From positions 94,674,001 to 94,738,000 of the forward strand of contig NC_042997.1 of NCBI RefSeq assembly GCF_006345805.1: a stretch of 64,000 nt of DNA, in the 5' to 3' direction. Position numbers and translations under genes: made by a program. Under the pieces are notes generated by a model that did not search any database, had not been told where the DNA came from, and saw nothing but the letters and a program-made list of their open reading frames with translations. This DNA is from Octopus sinensis. Its lineage: Eukaryota. This document shows positions 1 to 13,090 of the stretch, piece after piece (position 1 is the stretch's first letter; each line of letters opens with the position of its first letter).

Positions 1-150
1 GAAGCTAGATGGTAAAATGTTTTTATATTTTCATTTCGTTCCTGTCGAATTTTATCCCTAATTTTGTGGTTATAGAACCTAACTGTTCTTTCTAGCGTGT
101 TGAATCCCACGAGTGGATTCCTTATGTGTTTAAATGTACACTGCATTATA
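1..150 (+). mobile_element. Diverged tail of a PLE pseudo-LTR-like cassette, truncated by the window edge
   Basis: Aligns by eye to 39590-39722: gtggtt..aga..taactg.tctttctag.g...tcc.a..gtgg.....ttatgtgt.taaatg.acactg. Ends at a (TA)n tract. Confidence 0.5.
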
Positions 151-1189
151 TATATATATATGAAGCGAAATAGTTTTTATGTAGTTTTAAAATGTGCCAT
201 TATTAAACAATCAAAATAAGACAGACATTAATTGTCACTTATTCGTTTAATTAAATTGAACACAATTCACAATTGGTAGAGCATATTTTGAGAAGTTTCA
301 AAATATCTCATTTTTACAGATGAACGCTATGTTAATCTTAGAGTGCAAATGACACCGAACGCCTTGCATTGAAAGCGTCCATGTAATAATAGTAAGATCC
401 ATTTATATAACAGTCATCATTTGCCGAATATCTTATTACTGTATTAGAAATTAAATGAATGTTTATCAGTTCTTTGTAGATTGAATTAAAAAGATTTTTC
501 TGTTTAAATCTTCTATATAACGTGCTGTCAGCGGCTCTTGAAGGCGTTAGATTTATAGATCTTAATGGGTCTCAAATGAAGAGCTCGAACTGCTTGTACA
601 TTTTCGTGTACACTCAAACTTTTAAATCATATTTCGTTTGTTGCTTTTGACCAGTACTATGTATCAGTGTGCTGCTTTTGTTTACGTTACATCTGGCATA
701 ATGACATACAAGAACATTTTATCGTACTCAAATTTCTATATTCTAACACGTGCTTGTCACACGCGTCCACATTTTCTATTTTGTCGGCACCCACCACAAA
801 AACACTCATGCATATATATATATGTGTACATATATATGTACAGACGCACATACATATGCATACCTATACACATACATACATATGAATACATACATACATA
901 TGCATACATACATACATAAATACATTCATACATACATAGATACTTGTACAAGATGTTCAGGATAAACTTGACGATTATTTATGTATCTTGCTTGCAGTAA
1001 CAGCTCGATGCATTGGTATGCAGTCAACGGCGTAGTAAAACATACCGATAAAGGTAGTGGCTGTGAAAATTTGTCTGACATAAAGAACAAGAATCTACCT
1101 AAAATCTGGGAAGGGTTATATATGTAATTGTGATTCGCGCCGGGTATCAAATTTCCGGCATCATGACTTCAGCTTAATGCTCTGTGTGT

Positions 1190-1700
1190 GCTGAAAATGC
1201 TGTAAGGCATGATGTGGGCATCTGCAACGAAGACTTCGAAGCGGTGGCCAGCTGGAGGGACATGGCCTGACTTAGGATTCATCCACCAAATGATGATCAG
1301 GGCCCTAAGCTGAATTCAGGCAGCTATCTGAAGCTACCGGACACTGTTATCATTCCCTGGCTGGAGAGCTTTGCTGCTGGAAGGCCATACATGTAGCTGC
1401 AAGATGTGGCTCATTGCCATTCCACCGTAAACAGTCAAAGGTGATTGCTAGACAATTTCAACGAATTCATCAGACCCAAATTGCGGCCTCTTAGCTCCCC
1501 CAATTGTACTCCTATCATGCGTGGGTCGAGAAAGACATTAACTGTTCAGCGGCGAGTGGTACCTAAGTTCAAGAAGATGTTCGAAGATCTTCCCAAGGAC
1601 GCAGTGAGGAACGCATGTGCAAGATTTCGGAGCAGTCTTGAGGCTGTGGTGGTCGGCTACTATGAGTGAACTGTTATCTTCCAGGCATGACTATAATTTA
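1190..1700 (+). mobile_element. Degenerate Tc1/mariner-superfamily transposase fragment (maT/DD37D-like)
   Basis: Translation gives KLNSGSYLKL..TVIIPWLESFAAGRPYM*LQDVAHCH...LLDNFNEFIRPKLRPLSSPNC, matching the QQD.APCH ... WPP.SPD.NP catalytic region. Contains stops. Confidence 0.75.
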
Positions 1701-1771
1701 GAATTTTTGATTTTGAAAATTACTTTCATTTTTGGATGGGTTATTTTATTCTATTTTCCTTTGCATCGGCC

Positions 1772-1850
1772 TCACTGCTAAACTGGTACTTATTTTAACG
1801 ACCCCCAAACGATAACAGGTAAAGTAGACCTCATCTGCATTTGAATTTTA
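1772..1850 (-). mobile_element. Remnant of the central domain of the tRNA-derived SINE family seen at 6.6, 22, 26 and 28 kb
   Basis: actggtacttattttaacgacccc....gataacaggtaaagtagacctc....atttgaa matches the reverse strand of that family's core. Confidence 0.65.
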
Positions 1851-2599
1851 CTTATATATTGTCACTCTTCTCTAGTGGTAAAAATGAAAACAAATTGCGT
1901 CGTGAAAAATCGGAAATACGATTCCAATATTCAGAGTTTCTCATAAAATACACTCTCCAAATATTCAGTTTTTTTTTTGGCTTTATAGATATACGCAAGC
2001 ATGCATAAGTGTATGTCTGTATGTACGTAGTCGTGAATGTATCATTATATGAAGTTACTATGTCTACATTGCAAGATAATATTGACTGCGAATCAACATA
2101 AACAAATCAAACAAAAAATAATAGAATCTAATTGTCACCTGTGGCGTAGAATATTGACAAACACATTGTTGATATCTAATAATGTAGAATTCTGAATAAT
2201 GCATGTGATTGTAATCTAAAGGGAAACTGAAAAATATTTACACACTAACACTCAAACACTTAAATTCTATTAGAGAGAACAAAACTAAACCGAATAAAAT
2301 GGACGTCGATGGAGAAGATGTAGGGTCAGAAAGAAATGTTGCCTCCAGAATAAAAAAATGTTTAAGAGTGTTTATATTCATCTTATAAAATTCCTACTGG
2401 AATCGATAAAATAAATACCAGTCTTATAGTAAATTCAATTTAGTACAATTTAACCTAAAAGCAATAACACACAGAAAAGAGGTATTATGCTTTGTGAAAA
2501 GAACCCGTAGCAAACTATCATTGGTGAGCGTGCTTGAGTAGATATAACCAACTAAATATCATTTGCAGAAATGTATCGATTCAAAGTTTCAGGTATTTC

Positions 2600-3440
2600 T
2601 GTATATTTCGTCTCGAAGAGATGAGTTGAAAAGTAACACAGGGCGGGGTATCTGTTTCAAAGCAGCTGAAGTAAGTTTAAACTGTATCATAACACTGGAA
2701 TTTGCATCTAGCAGTCGCAGTTGCATCTCTTTGTACCAAATCTGTATCCAAAACCTCAGCCTATATCAAAGAACTCAGCGGGATTTTTTATCTCCATGTG
2801 TCCAAGGGGGGAAGTGAAGACACTTTGAAATTGTTCACTGAATATCTCACTTATACTTCCTGGGTCCGCCGTCAGTGAGTCATTCCTTTGGAACAATGGT
2901 CCTCTATCGTGGCTGTTTCCTTAGCAAATTTATAGAAAGTTTAGGGATATGTTTTTATGTTTTCCACAGACCTTTTCCCTCTCTCTCTCTTTCTCTTTCT
3001 CTCTCTCTCTCTTTCTCCGTGCTCTTTCCTTTTTGTGAGAGAGTTTGATCTTGCTTTCAAATTCTAGGAGCGTCTGTGTTAAGATAGATTTCTCTCTATC
3101 CTTCAGTTTCATGTTCAGCTGCTTTGAGATCTTTGACTTGCGTCTCACGAGGATTTTTCTATGCCTGGGAATGTTGTTTGATAGAGTGCGGGGATTTCTG
3201 GGATATATTTATGCTTATAGCTTGCACTGTTGACATAAACTGATTGAGTTTCAGAACAATGTCTTTCATACACAGAATGTTGGATCAGTTTCGTTTGTGG
3301 ATCTCTTTGCGGATTGATTCCCATTTTGCCTTTTGTAAATTCAGGTTGGATTAGGCATCAGTCTTTCTGATAGGGTAGATACCAACAGTTCGCTTAGGAC
3401 CATACATAGTTAGCTCAAAAATGTTGTGATCCGAGAGTGC

Positions 3441-3443
<3 letters not shown>
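2600..3443 (-). mobile_element. CR1/L2-like LINE ORF2 fragment (end of APE endonuclease plus linker)
   Basis: LSDHNIFEL (terminal APE SDH motif), NLQKAKWESIRKEI, NNIPRHRKILVRRK and LTADPGSISEIFSEQFQSVFT. Interrupted by stops and a (GA)n expansion. Confidence 0.75.
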
Positions 3444-3493
<50 letters not shown>

Positions 3494-3527
3494 GCATATA
3501 CATGTTTTTGTGTATATATACATATAC

Positions 3528-3562
<35 letters not shown>

Positions 3563-3589
3563 TACACATAAGTATATATACACAAATAT

Positions 3590-3621
<32 letters not shown>

Positions 3622-3636
3622 CATAAGTATACATAC

Positions 3637-3671
<35 letters not shown>

Positions 3672-4053
3672 TATATATGTTGGGTACTCTGGTGCAAGAT
3701 TTGGAAAGAGCACGTGCATGCGAAGCAGAAAATGGCTGCCATTTAAACGATATCATTTTACATATGTGATGTAACGGTGTTGCAAACTTTGACATGTGCA
3801 ATGTCCTTTATACTGTATCAAAATGTCATGAGTTTATTTTTTATAGTTACGAGGTTAGTCAAAATTATATATATATTAAGAAAGATAAAAAGATTATTAA
3901 ATACTTCCTTCAGACTAACAGTATAGAACGAGAAAACATTGTATACTTGACTCAAATAAGAGAATGCTACAAGATGAAGTAACGAGTTTTTTTTTTTTTT
4001 CTGGTATACAATACTCTAATTTCAAAGCATTGTTCATTTCCCTTTTTTCAACA

Positions 4054-4122
4054 CTATTTTCTCATGTCACTTTCGGATTGACCATTTGGATTACGCTTTG
4101 GGTTGACTCTAAGGTACAAACT
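4054..4122 (-). CDS. Candidate terminal coding exon of an uncharacterised minus-strand gene (SLYLRVNPKRNPNGQSESDMRK*)
   Basis: Acceptor aattgtttttag. Phase-0 entry matches the exon at 4192-4214 across a 69-nt GT-AG intron. Ends in TAG. Confidence 0.35.
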   Translation of the reverse strand, partial: SLYLRVNPKRNPNGQSESDMRK

Positions 4123-4191
4123 CTAAAAACAATTGACGCAATGAAGTATTCAGCGTACTGATGAAATGAGGAAAAATATCGAAATCTTTAC

Positions 4192-4214
4192 CCTCTGTAA
4201 TGCTAGACTATTAT
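4192..4214 (-). CDS. Candidate 23-nt exon ((Y)NSLALQR)
   Basis: Strong acceptor ttgtttcttattcag and donor AGG|gtaaag. Phase 1 in and phase 0 out, compatible with both neighbours. Confidence 0.45.
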
Positions 4215-5013
4215 CTGAATAAGAAACAAGTGATCGGGAGAGTTGATTAAAAAACTGCCGTGCACAGAGTGAATCCTCAATAACAGTGAAATACTGTTGG
4301 ACAATAGAAGATCACTAGAGTCGGTGATAAATAAATTACATTCTCATGCAGTTAACCAACCAGAACAAAAGGCTACGGAAGGATAAAAACAAAAGAAAAA
4401 TGTAATAATCCATGTTTAAAAACATACATATATATGGTAAAATCAGCTTGAAATGTATTTGAAGTACCAAATTTATACGAGTAAGGCAAACGATGAATAA
4501 TTTTGCCTCACTTAATGCAACAGAACATGCAAAAAAAAGGGAGAGAGAAATCTTAGATACTATATTTTTCTCATGCTTAATTGCTTATACAATTATTGCT
4601 GTGGAACTTAGTGAATTTTCAAGTTATTTATGATTTATTATTAAAATGGAATTTATGGAAAATTTGAAGTTTCATCATTTCTTATTGATGTGAAGTGTAT
4701 GAAACACTCGAATTTTAACCGTGTAATTTTTCTATGAATCATCTTTAACATTTGATTTTTGAGCATGTTTTATAGCTATGAAGCTCCACTTGTTTATATC
4801 GACTTTCTTACAAATGTTCATTTTATATTTTATTTTCATTTTTCATTTAAAGACAAATCAAAACAAAAAACAAAAAAAATATTTGCAATCGACATCATAT
4901 TTTGATAGATTAAAATAAATCACACAAATCCGTTTTATGACCCAGTAGCTTTTTCAAGCGGTTGTTCTTAGTTTCGTTCCTCTGTGTGTGGAGGTAAGCA
5001 TCTTTTGTCATTC

Positions 5014-5122
5014 ACATACATACATACATACATACATAAATACATACATACATACATACATACATACATACATACATACATACATACATACATACATACA
5101 TACATACATACGTACATACATA
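5014..5122. repeat. (TACA)n microsatellite
   Basis: Direct reading of the sequence. Confidence 0.95.
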
Positions 5123-5197
5123 TAAGGGAAACATCCACATTGTAACTGTGGTGGTAGTGGTGGAAGCAAGTATATTCAATTACCATGATTTACTTAC

Positions 5198-5302
5198 ACA
5201 TAATATTTAGTATTTCAAATAGGCAGTTAGCTTGAGGATTTGCCAAATTGTATTTATAAATATCATAATCGAATATAATCATAACAAATAGCTTTTCACA
5301 GG
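5198..5302 (-). CDS. Candidate 105-nt exon ((S)CEKLFVMIIFDYDIYKYNLANPQANCLFEILNIM)
   Basis: Acceptor tttcgtttgtag, canonical donor gtaagt, open frame, phase 1-1, non-repetitive sequence. Confidence 0.6.
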
Positions 5303-6637
5303 CTACAAACGAAATCTGCTTTACACAATTTAATTTTATATTCCACGCTAAATAATTTTCTATTGCTTGTAAGTTCATTACAGATTATTCCACTGAATTT
5401 AATTCATAATATAAGAACATAGTAAAATAATTCTTGAACGAAAACGTCCGTAAATATTGGAAAACTAAAGGGGCTTTGTTGCCTGTTAAGCTTTAGGGTA
5501 ATACACTCTACGGCTAACTCACTGACAATTGAAATTTTATTTTCTGAAAATAGAAAACGTTATATGTAAAGTTCAAATATTTATTTGTAAAAAATAACAA
5601 AATTGTTTCAATGAGTTTACACACAGAATGTTATGATTTAACTTTATTATAGTGCAACACATTTTTACACAAAAATGTTTCCATATTCAAATATATACAG
5701 TGAGAGGGAGAAAAAGGGAGAGAGAGAGAAAAAGAGATGAGGGCATAAAAAAATAGAAATAGAGAAACAATAACTGTGCAAGATATATACACATATATAT
5801 TTGAGTGAAGTTGCATTTATTTACATGAATGTATGCTTGTGTCCGATATATTCTCAGTGCGTTGCATGCAGTTCCTACATATATTTAAAATTTACAAGAT
5901 CAATAGATCCTACGTATAAAAATTAGATGTCATACCCACTCACACGCGCGCGCACATACACACATATATAAAGAAACATTTACGTAAGTATGCTTGTGTA
6001 TAAATATGTAAGTTTGTAGATAATACAGGCATACATGCATACATATATACATACCTACATGCGCACCTACATGAAGGTGCCCATACATACATGCATTCAT
6101 ACATGCATACATACATACTTATATACATACATACATACATGCATACATATACAAGGCTTTTTGCTGTTTGTATGACGTGATTGATAAAGCTGAAAGTAAT
6201 CATAGTGCATTAGATGAAAGTCTTAAGATAAGAAAGAAGTGGTAATTGTTATCATCATTACTAGATTACACTTCACCATTTCTTTAAATATCTACTTTAA
6301 TAATTAAATTTCTCACTCAATTAACAGGGAAATTTAGAGATTGCTGTAATTTAATATGGCACTTCCTAAAGCAGAATTCAATAATTATGTATTGTGTGGG
6401 ACTGTAGAATGAAAAAGGAAAGCTAATCGTTAGCATAAAATGCGTGGGATATATATCCACATGTATTTACATGTAAGTGTGTGAGAGTGTATACATATAA
6501 TATAAATAAATATAAATATATATATATATATATGCATAAATACATACATACGTGTGTTTGTGTGTAAAAGAATTTTAAGAACGTCACACTAGTAACGACA
6601 CAGAATATATTATATAAGCGTATCTCTATGTAATCCA

Positions 6638-7208
6638 TTCCCTATAGGCACAAGGCTTGAAATTTGGGGGAAGGGGATAGTCGATTACATCGACCCCAAT
6701 ACTCAACTGGTACTTAACTTATCGCCCCGAAAAAATGAAAGGTAAAGACGACCTCAGCGTAATTTGAACTCAGAACGTAGCGACGGGCGAAGTACCTAAT
6801 TCTTTACTACCCACAAGGGCCTAAACACAGAGAGGTCAAACAAAGACAGACAAACAGATTAAGTCGATTATGTCAACCTCAGTGCGTAACTGGTACTTAA
6901 TTTATCGACCCCGAAAGGATGAAAGGCAAAGTCGACCCCGGCGGTATTTGAACTGAGAACGTAACGGCAGACGAAATACAGCTACGCATTTTGCCTGGCG
7001 TGCTAACATTTCTGCCAGCTCGCCGCCTTTATTTATTTCTTTACTACCCACAAGGGGCTAAACACAGAGAGGACAAACAAGGACAGACAAACGGATTAAG
7101 TCGATTATATCGACCCCAGTGCGTGACTGGTACTTATTTAATCGACCCCAAAAGGATAAAAGGCAAAGTCGACCTCGGCGGAATTTGAACTCAGAACGTA
7201 AAGACAGA
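6638..7208 (-). mobile_element. Tandem tRNA-derived SINE array: 5'-truncated monomer A (7030-7208), full monomer A (6798-7027), headless monomer B (6638-6797)
   Basis: Minus strand reads ggcggcgagctggcagaa (A-box-like) ... gttcaaat (B-box-like), then the core gtcgactttgcctttcatcctttcggggtcgataaattaagtaccag. A ends gtgggtagtaaagaa; B ends ccttgtgcctatag. Resembles recalled octopus OK-type SINEs. Confidence 0.9.
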
Positions 7209-7417
7209 CTGGGGAACCTGCTACTCACTGCGTTTCTTTTAAGGGAATACATTTAAAGTGACATGGCAGTACTCCGCAATATGGAACTAAGTGAATCTTC
7301 AACTATATTTATCGTTAATAATTTAAAACAACGTAATTCCAGCTCCACTTCAACTCATTCTATCAAGTTTATTGTTTGTTAGTAAGAAGAAAGAAAGTCT
7401 GAAATAAAAAAAAATAC

Positions 7418-7482
7418 ACATGGAAGATAGAATCATCTGGCGTATGGCAGGTATTTTGCAAATATGTACTAGAGTAGCAAAT
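7418..7482 (-). CDS. Candidate 65-nt exon ((K)FATLVHICKIPAIRQMILSSM)
   Basis: Acceptor taatttttccaag and weak donor gtattt. Phase 2 in and phase 1 out, fitting both flanking candidates. Confidence 0.5.
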
Positions 7483-7988
7483 CTTGGAAAAATTACTATC
7501 AGGATGTAGGCATGGCTGTATTTGTATAACTTTAGTTCAGTCATGATCCAGCAGGTAAAATATCAAATACGCTACCAGGAGACCTTTCCCTAGTTTTCCT
7601 TATAATGTATGGAGTAATAGATGTTTTATTATTAAAAAGATATTATGTGAGTAGAATAAAATTGTGAAATCTATTTCAAGCAGGTTGTATGCCGAGTGGG
7701 GCAGATTGTGTTCCGATTATATATATAGTTGTTAATTTGAAATACGGTGTCTTTAATAACTTCATCCTTCCTTGTAATTCATTCTGTACTTGTTATTGTT
7801 ACATACTGCACTACCTTATCCTCTATAAATGTGAAATAGTTGTAAATCAACTAACATCTGAGATATTGTAGAAAGCTATAAACCAAATTAATATAGAAGG
7901 CACATATTTCAAATTTAGCTAAGTTGAATTGGATGATGAAATTACGAATGCTGCGAGGAAAATATAGAAAATGTTTAAATGTTCTTAC

Positions 7989-8029
7989 TTATCTAACTTA
8001 ATGTCTAAATCAAATAACCTGTTATCTGT
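7989..8029 (-). CDS. Candidate 41-nt exon (TDNRLFDLDIKLD)
   Basis: Acceptor gtcgtatttttcag and donor gtaaga. Phase 0 in, phase 2 out. An alternative acceptor lies 11 nt downstream. Confidence 0.5.
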
Positions 8030-9059
8030 CTGAAAAATACGACAAATATCAGCTTGAATAAATATGATTTTCCATACACATTAACAAGCGACACCCATAA
8101 ACATCTACTCTAGATGTAATAAAACTCGTACATAAGTTTATACATCTGCAACTTGTTATTGTTTACAGCGAACATGAAGCATTCTGGCTGAGACAACAGT
8201 CTTTCAATTAATTAATAATAGTTACGACTTCGCTTTTATTATAACTCCATTTACAACATTTGGCCAGCTACATAATTGGTTCTCTGCTAGAAATAGCAGC
8301 AAAATCGCCATCAGATTATTCCATACTGTTGCACAAGAGAAGGGAAACACCGAATAATATAGTCTCACTTACGTTGAAATGGATGGTAATGGCTTAAACA
8401 TTTTATGAGAGCTGACCAGCAATTCCATAAAGCCCCAGTAGTTCCATTATGAACAGTATTGCAACTTATAAATAATACCGTCAACTGCGAATACATACTG
8501 GGAATAATGAAGGAACATTGATGACAGCGACGCAAGGAAATATGGCACAATTATAAACGTAGATTTACAAAGTAAATTATACGTTATACAAAGTAAAGTC
8601 AGAGGGGCCCTGAGACAAGACGAAACTTATAGATAAGTAACACAGTAAAAAAAATTACCTCTAGGACTGGAAGCGGAAAGTGGAAAGATGAATAGGCAGA
8701 ACGAAAAGGTGGAAGAACAAATCCGGTGTTGGAAGTGAAGAACATGAGAGTTTGGGAGAAGCAAGACTGAGCAAGTGAGTGCTCAAAAGGATATAAGGAA
8801 ATTGGAAAGAGAAATGGGAATGGTCACAGGTCACATAATAGTGGGTGTAGGTCGACGATAGAAAGTGGTGGCGTAGAGAGAGGTAGAAAAAGACAGAGAG
8901 GGAAGGTGGTGAGAGAAGGAAGGACAGTATGGAAGAACAAAGAGAGAAGAAAGAGATGTCGCTCAAAACATTTCTGCTGTATAGCGTGACGATTTCATAA
9001 CCCAATATTCGCCTACTATCATTTATATGTCTATGAGCAGTGCTTGAAAAACCGATGTT

Positions 9060-9119
<60 letters not shown>

Positions 9120-9524
9120 GTCTGAGGAGAGTCATTCTTTTTAGTGCCTTATTATTTAACACACACACCGGTTCGATTTTCACTCATTTATTTATTTATT
9201 TCTTCTAAGATTTTCGTTGCAAACTTTTCAACAGTAATTGACTCTGTCTGTTATCAGAGCTACGTTGTTTTTGTTTGTTTGTTTGTGCGAATCTGTGTCC
9301 ATCAGTGCACATATGTATATACATATCTATGTATGTCTGTATGCATATATGTTTGTGTATGATAATGTGTTTCAGTCTTCATTTGTGTGTATATGTATGT
9401 ATGCATGTAAGTATGTATGTATGTATGTATGTATGTATGTATGTATGTATGTATGTATGTATGTGTGTGTTCTTGCCTGTCCTTATTACCTATTTAACTA
9501 TCTACCTCGTTAATTTTCTTTCTA

Positions 9525-9876
9525 CGTCCAGTGGCACCTTGGGGCAAGTGTCCTCTACTATAGCCTTGTGAGTGGATTTGCTAGACGGAAACTGAAAGAA
9601 GCCCGTCGAATATATGTATGTATGTATATATATATATATATATATATATACAACGACCTCCAACACACAAGTGCAAACAAGGGAGTCAGAGAAAGGCAGA
9701 ATGCCACATATATCTGAACACTACTATAGAAATATTCCTTTAAAAAAACTTTTCTTCTAATTTTTCTAAATTTAATTATTTAATCGTTACAGTTGAAAAG
9801 GTCTCAAAATTACCGAAACCGGTACTGAAATGTTCACTATAAAATTATTTTAGCATTTTCTATTTTTGACTTGTTT

Positions 9877-9936
<60 letters not shown>

Positions 9937-10185
9937 ATATATATGTATATATATATATGTATGTATATGTGTGTATATGTTTGTGTATCTGTGTTTGTCT
10001 CCCCAACATCACTTGACAACCGATGCTGGGTGTTTAAGTCCCCGTAACTTAGCGGTTCGACAAAAGAGACCGATAGAATAAGCACTAGGCTTACAAAGAA
10101 TAAGTCCTGGGGTCGATTTGTTCGTCTAAAGGCGGTGCTCCAGCATGGTCACAGTCAAATTACTGAAATAAGTAAAAGAGTAGAA
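9525..10185 (+). mobile_element. 5'-truncated OR-type SINE whose internal (TA)n tract hosts a nested 230-bp insert (about 9651-9880)
   Basis: 5' part gtggcaccttggggcaagtgtcctctactatagcc...gacggaaactgaaagaagcccgtcg. 3' part acttagcggttcgacaaaagagaccgatagaataag...ggcggtgctccagcatgg. Reverse remnants of the 3' end recur at about 16.2, 24.97, 43.5, 47.04 and 61.66 kb. Confidence 0.8.
9787..9830 (+). ncRNA. Minimal type I hammerhead ribozyme motif, U3-A8 core variant
   Basis: ttacag TTGAAAA GGT-ctcaaaatt-ACC GAAA CCGG TA ctgaaa. Stem I pairs 5 of 6, stem II is GGT/ACC, stem III has a palindromic CCGG loop. Confidence 0.65.
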
Positions 10186-10205
10186 GAATATCCATTTACC
10201 TATAC

Positions 10206-10253
<48 letters not shown>

Positions 10254-10356
10254 CCATGATGAATCGGTTTCTGACTGAAGAATGAAGGCTCTGAATACTG
10301 TCCGTTTTTCCGTGTTTGTCAATTCGTGAATCTCACGTCCTTTATATATAAGTTTT

Positions 10357-10450
<94 letters not shown>

Positions 10451-11004
10451 TGTGGTGTGTGTGTGTATGTATGTGTCTACATGTCTACATAACAGCCTAC
10501 TAACAACTCTATCTACGTATATATCAAGTGTGGATGTCGGAGTATGACTACTTTTTACGTATATTTCCTATTTAGTACTGGGGATGTTTCATTTATGAGG
10601 ACGTACTCATGTATTTGTCCGAATATTGGGTCCTTCAGGTGCTTGCATGAAATGCGGATATGAAGTTGACCCCATGTGCTGCCATGTTAGTCTTTAGCAT
10701 ATTATTAGAGTATGGATATTAAGATATTAAGAAATTTTTAGTAACATGAAACCAATACGCATATAATAGAATTCTATCCATCAATGCGGTGTTGAGCACT
10801 CATTTTCATCGTTCGAAACACACACACACAGACATATATATATATATATATATAATAGTTAATCAAAGCATCTGTTAGTATGCTGGTGTCATTCGAAACT
10901 AGGAAACCTATAAGTAACTTCCTGCAGGCAACTAACGATATACTGTATAGTCGAACCAAGCGAAACCTAGTTTATTAAAGAAATACCTTTTGAGAAGTCA
11001 CCTA

Positions 11005-11800
11005 ACGAGACACATTTGCACCGGATGATGTTCCACAACCAGTTGCATAGTATCTAATCTGAAAGGGATCGATGCAAAAGGGATCGAAACAATGATCGAT
11101 GTATATAAATCGATGGTTGTGACATCTATGCTTTATGTTGCTGAATCTTGGACTTTGTATCGAAAGCACATCAACCATTTTGACGCATTTCATATGCAAT
11201 ACTTGCGTTCTATCTCCATCATAAAACCGAGTGCCCATATTCGTAAAAGTGAGGTGCTAACAAAGTGCAACATATCAGGTATTGAAGCCATCCTCATTAA
11301 AATGCAGCTTAGATAGTCTGGTCATCTTTCACGTTTGAGTAGTATCAGAATTCCGAAGCAACTTCTCTGTGACCAATTCCCAATTCAGTTGGAAGGTTAC
11401 TCTTGTGCTTGAAAGACAGTCTGAAGCGATACAACAATACCTTCCCTTCTTGAGAAAATAGAGTATCAGAACTAGTCCTGCTTCTCCTCTGTTCAAAGAA
11501 TTGAGCAAAGTCGACTCCAAAATCGGGACCAACTTCGTGCAAGCATGAAGGCACAGAAACTATACCTGTCATTGTGATTTTGTGGCACGAAACAAAGCAG
11601 GGCTTGACGTCCATTCAAGGAAACAAAAAAACACATAACAAACTATACACAAGCAATTCAGCAAACTGAGTTCGCAACTTGTTCCCTTTTCCAAATGCTT
11701 GTTTGGCACCAGCAGGCCTCAAGTGACACATGCGTGTCCATATAACATGATTACAGCTTTATTGCTGAATCCTCATTTCTCGGTCACGGTGGGAGAATTT
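11005..11800 (+). mobile_element. 3' fragment of an RTE-clade LINE
   Basis: IDVYKSMVVTSMLYVAESWTLYRKHINHFDAFHMQYLRSI...EVLTKCNISGIEAILIKMQLR*SGHLSRLSSIRIPKQLL, followed by C-terminal Cys/His remnants. Confidence 0.9.
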
Positions 11801-11804
11801 ATTG

Positions 11805-11861
<57 letters not shown>

Positions 11862-12172
11862 ATTACGTGACCGACCAGGCTATCATATGTTGCACCGCAT
11901 CGCTGGTCACAATGCGCTTCGCATTGTTTTAGCCTCCAAATGATGCCACCCCGCTGTCTAAGCGATCAGGCCATTCCTGACTGAATTGATATAATTCCAT
12001 CCTTATCATTTAAGGTCTGAGGAGTATAGCACTTTTACATTTTGACATTTTATTTTCGTTTTCCGTTTTTCGTTTTACATAGTTTACTGTCTGTGTCTTC
12101 TATATGCTGCCTTCTCAGCTTCATCGCGTTTCTATTTATTCAATTGCTTTAGTTCGTTATCATATATGGCTT

Positions 12173-12225
12173 GCGCCTGAAGAATATGTTCGAGTTCTCT
12201 CAAAATATGAAACTTTTAGTAGCGC
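12173..12225 (+). ncRNA. Type I hammerhead ribozyme motif with canonical core
   Basis: gcgc CTGAAGA ATATgTTcGAG-ttct-CTCaAAATAT GAAA CT-ttt-AG TA gcgc. Lies in a cassette of about 340 bp that ends at (TA)n. Confidence 0.75.
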
Positions 12226-12668
12226 TTTAATATATGTATTGTGACCTTTAAAGAATAATATTTATGTCACCAGATGGAGTACTTTTTTGTTGAATATTGT
12301 ATCACGGACCAGTACATTATATATATATATATATGAAATGTTTGTCGAATTCCTATCACGTCTGTATGCGATTTCAAATACGCCATTGCTCTTTCGCTTA
12401 AAATAATCATGGCGGTACTATACCTTGAAGACACACAGGGCTATTCAACAGAATAATGAAAAGAGAGCAAGCGACTCCAAAAACGGAAGACTACATACTC
12501 AGGCACTCACACACACACACACACACACATATATGCATAAGCTGACACATACATAGAAATAATATAACCTCTATATATGCATGTTAGCGTGTAATTTTCT
12601 GATATAATTTTCATACTATAAAAGGTCATGCATACGCTGCTTTCAAGTAACAATATAATACGCACTTA

Positions 12669-12724
<56 letters not shown>

Positions 12725-12938
12725 AGGGCATGTGCACACATAGACACAGATACAGACATAGACAAACACATAGGTATAAATATATATATGCAACAACATT
12801 TTTAAACAAGGTTTGGAAGCATCGACCGTTTCGTTTATTACGGAGAGCAATGTAATATTTCCAACGAAGTATAGCCGTGAAAACAGTAGGACGATTGGAT
12901 ATTTTACCCTTATAAGACGAAAATTTCCTCAGACTTAT

Positions 12939-13009
<71 letters not shown>

Positions 13010-13090
13010 GCACACACACATACAGACGCACACACACATATATATATATACATGTGTATATTTTCTTCTCTCATGCCTTCGCTCCAGGGA

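Noticed and set aside
6638-7208. Thrice-repeated core with intervening sequence, superficially like a CRISPR array
   Set aside because: These are tandem SINE monomers in a eukaryotic context. The spacers are not unique and there are no cas genes.
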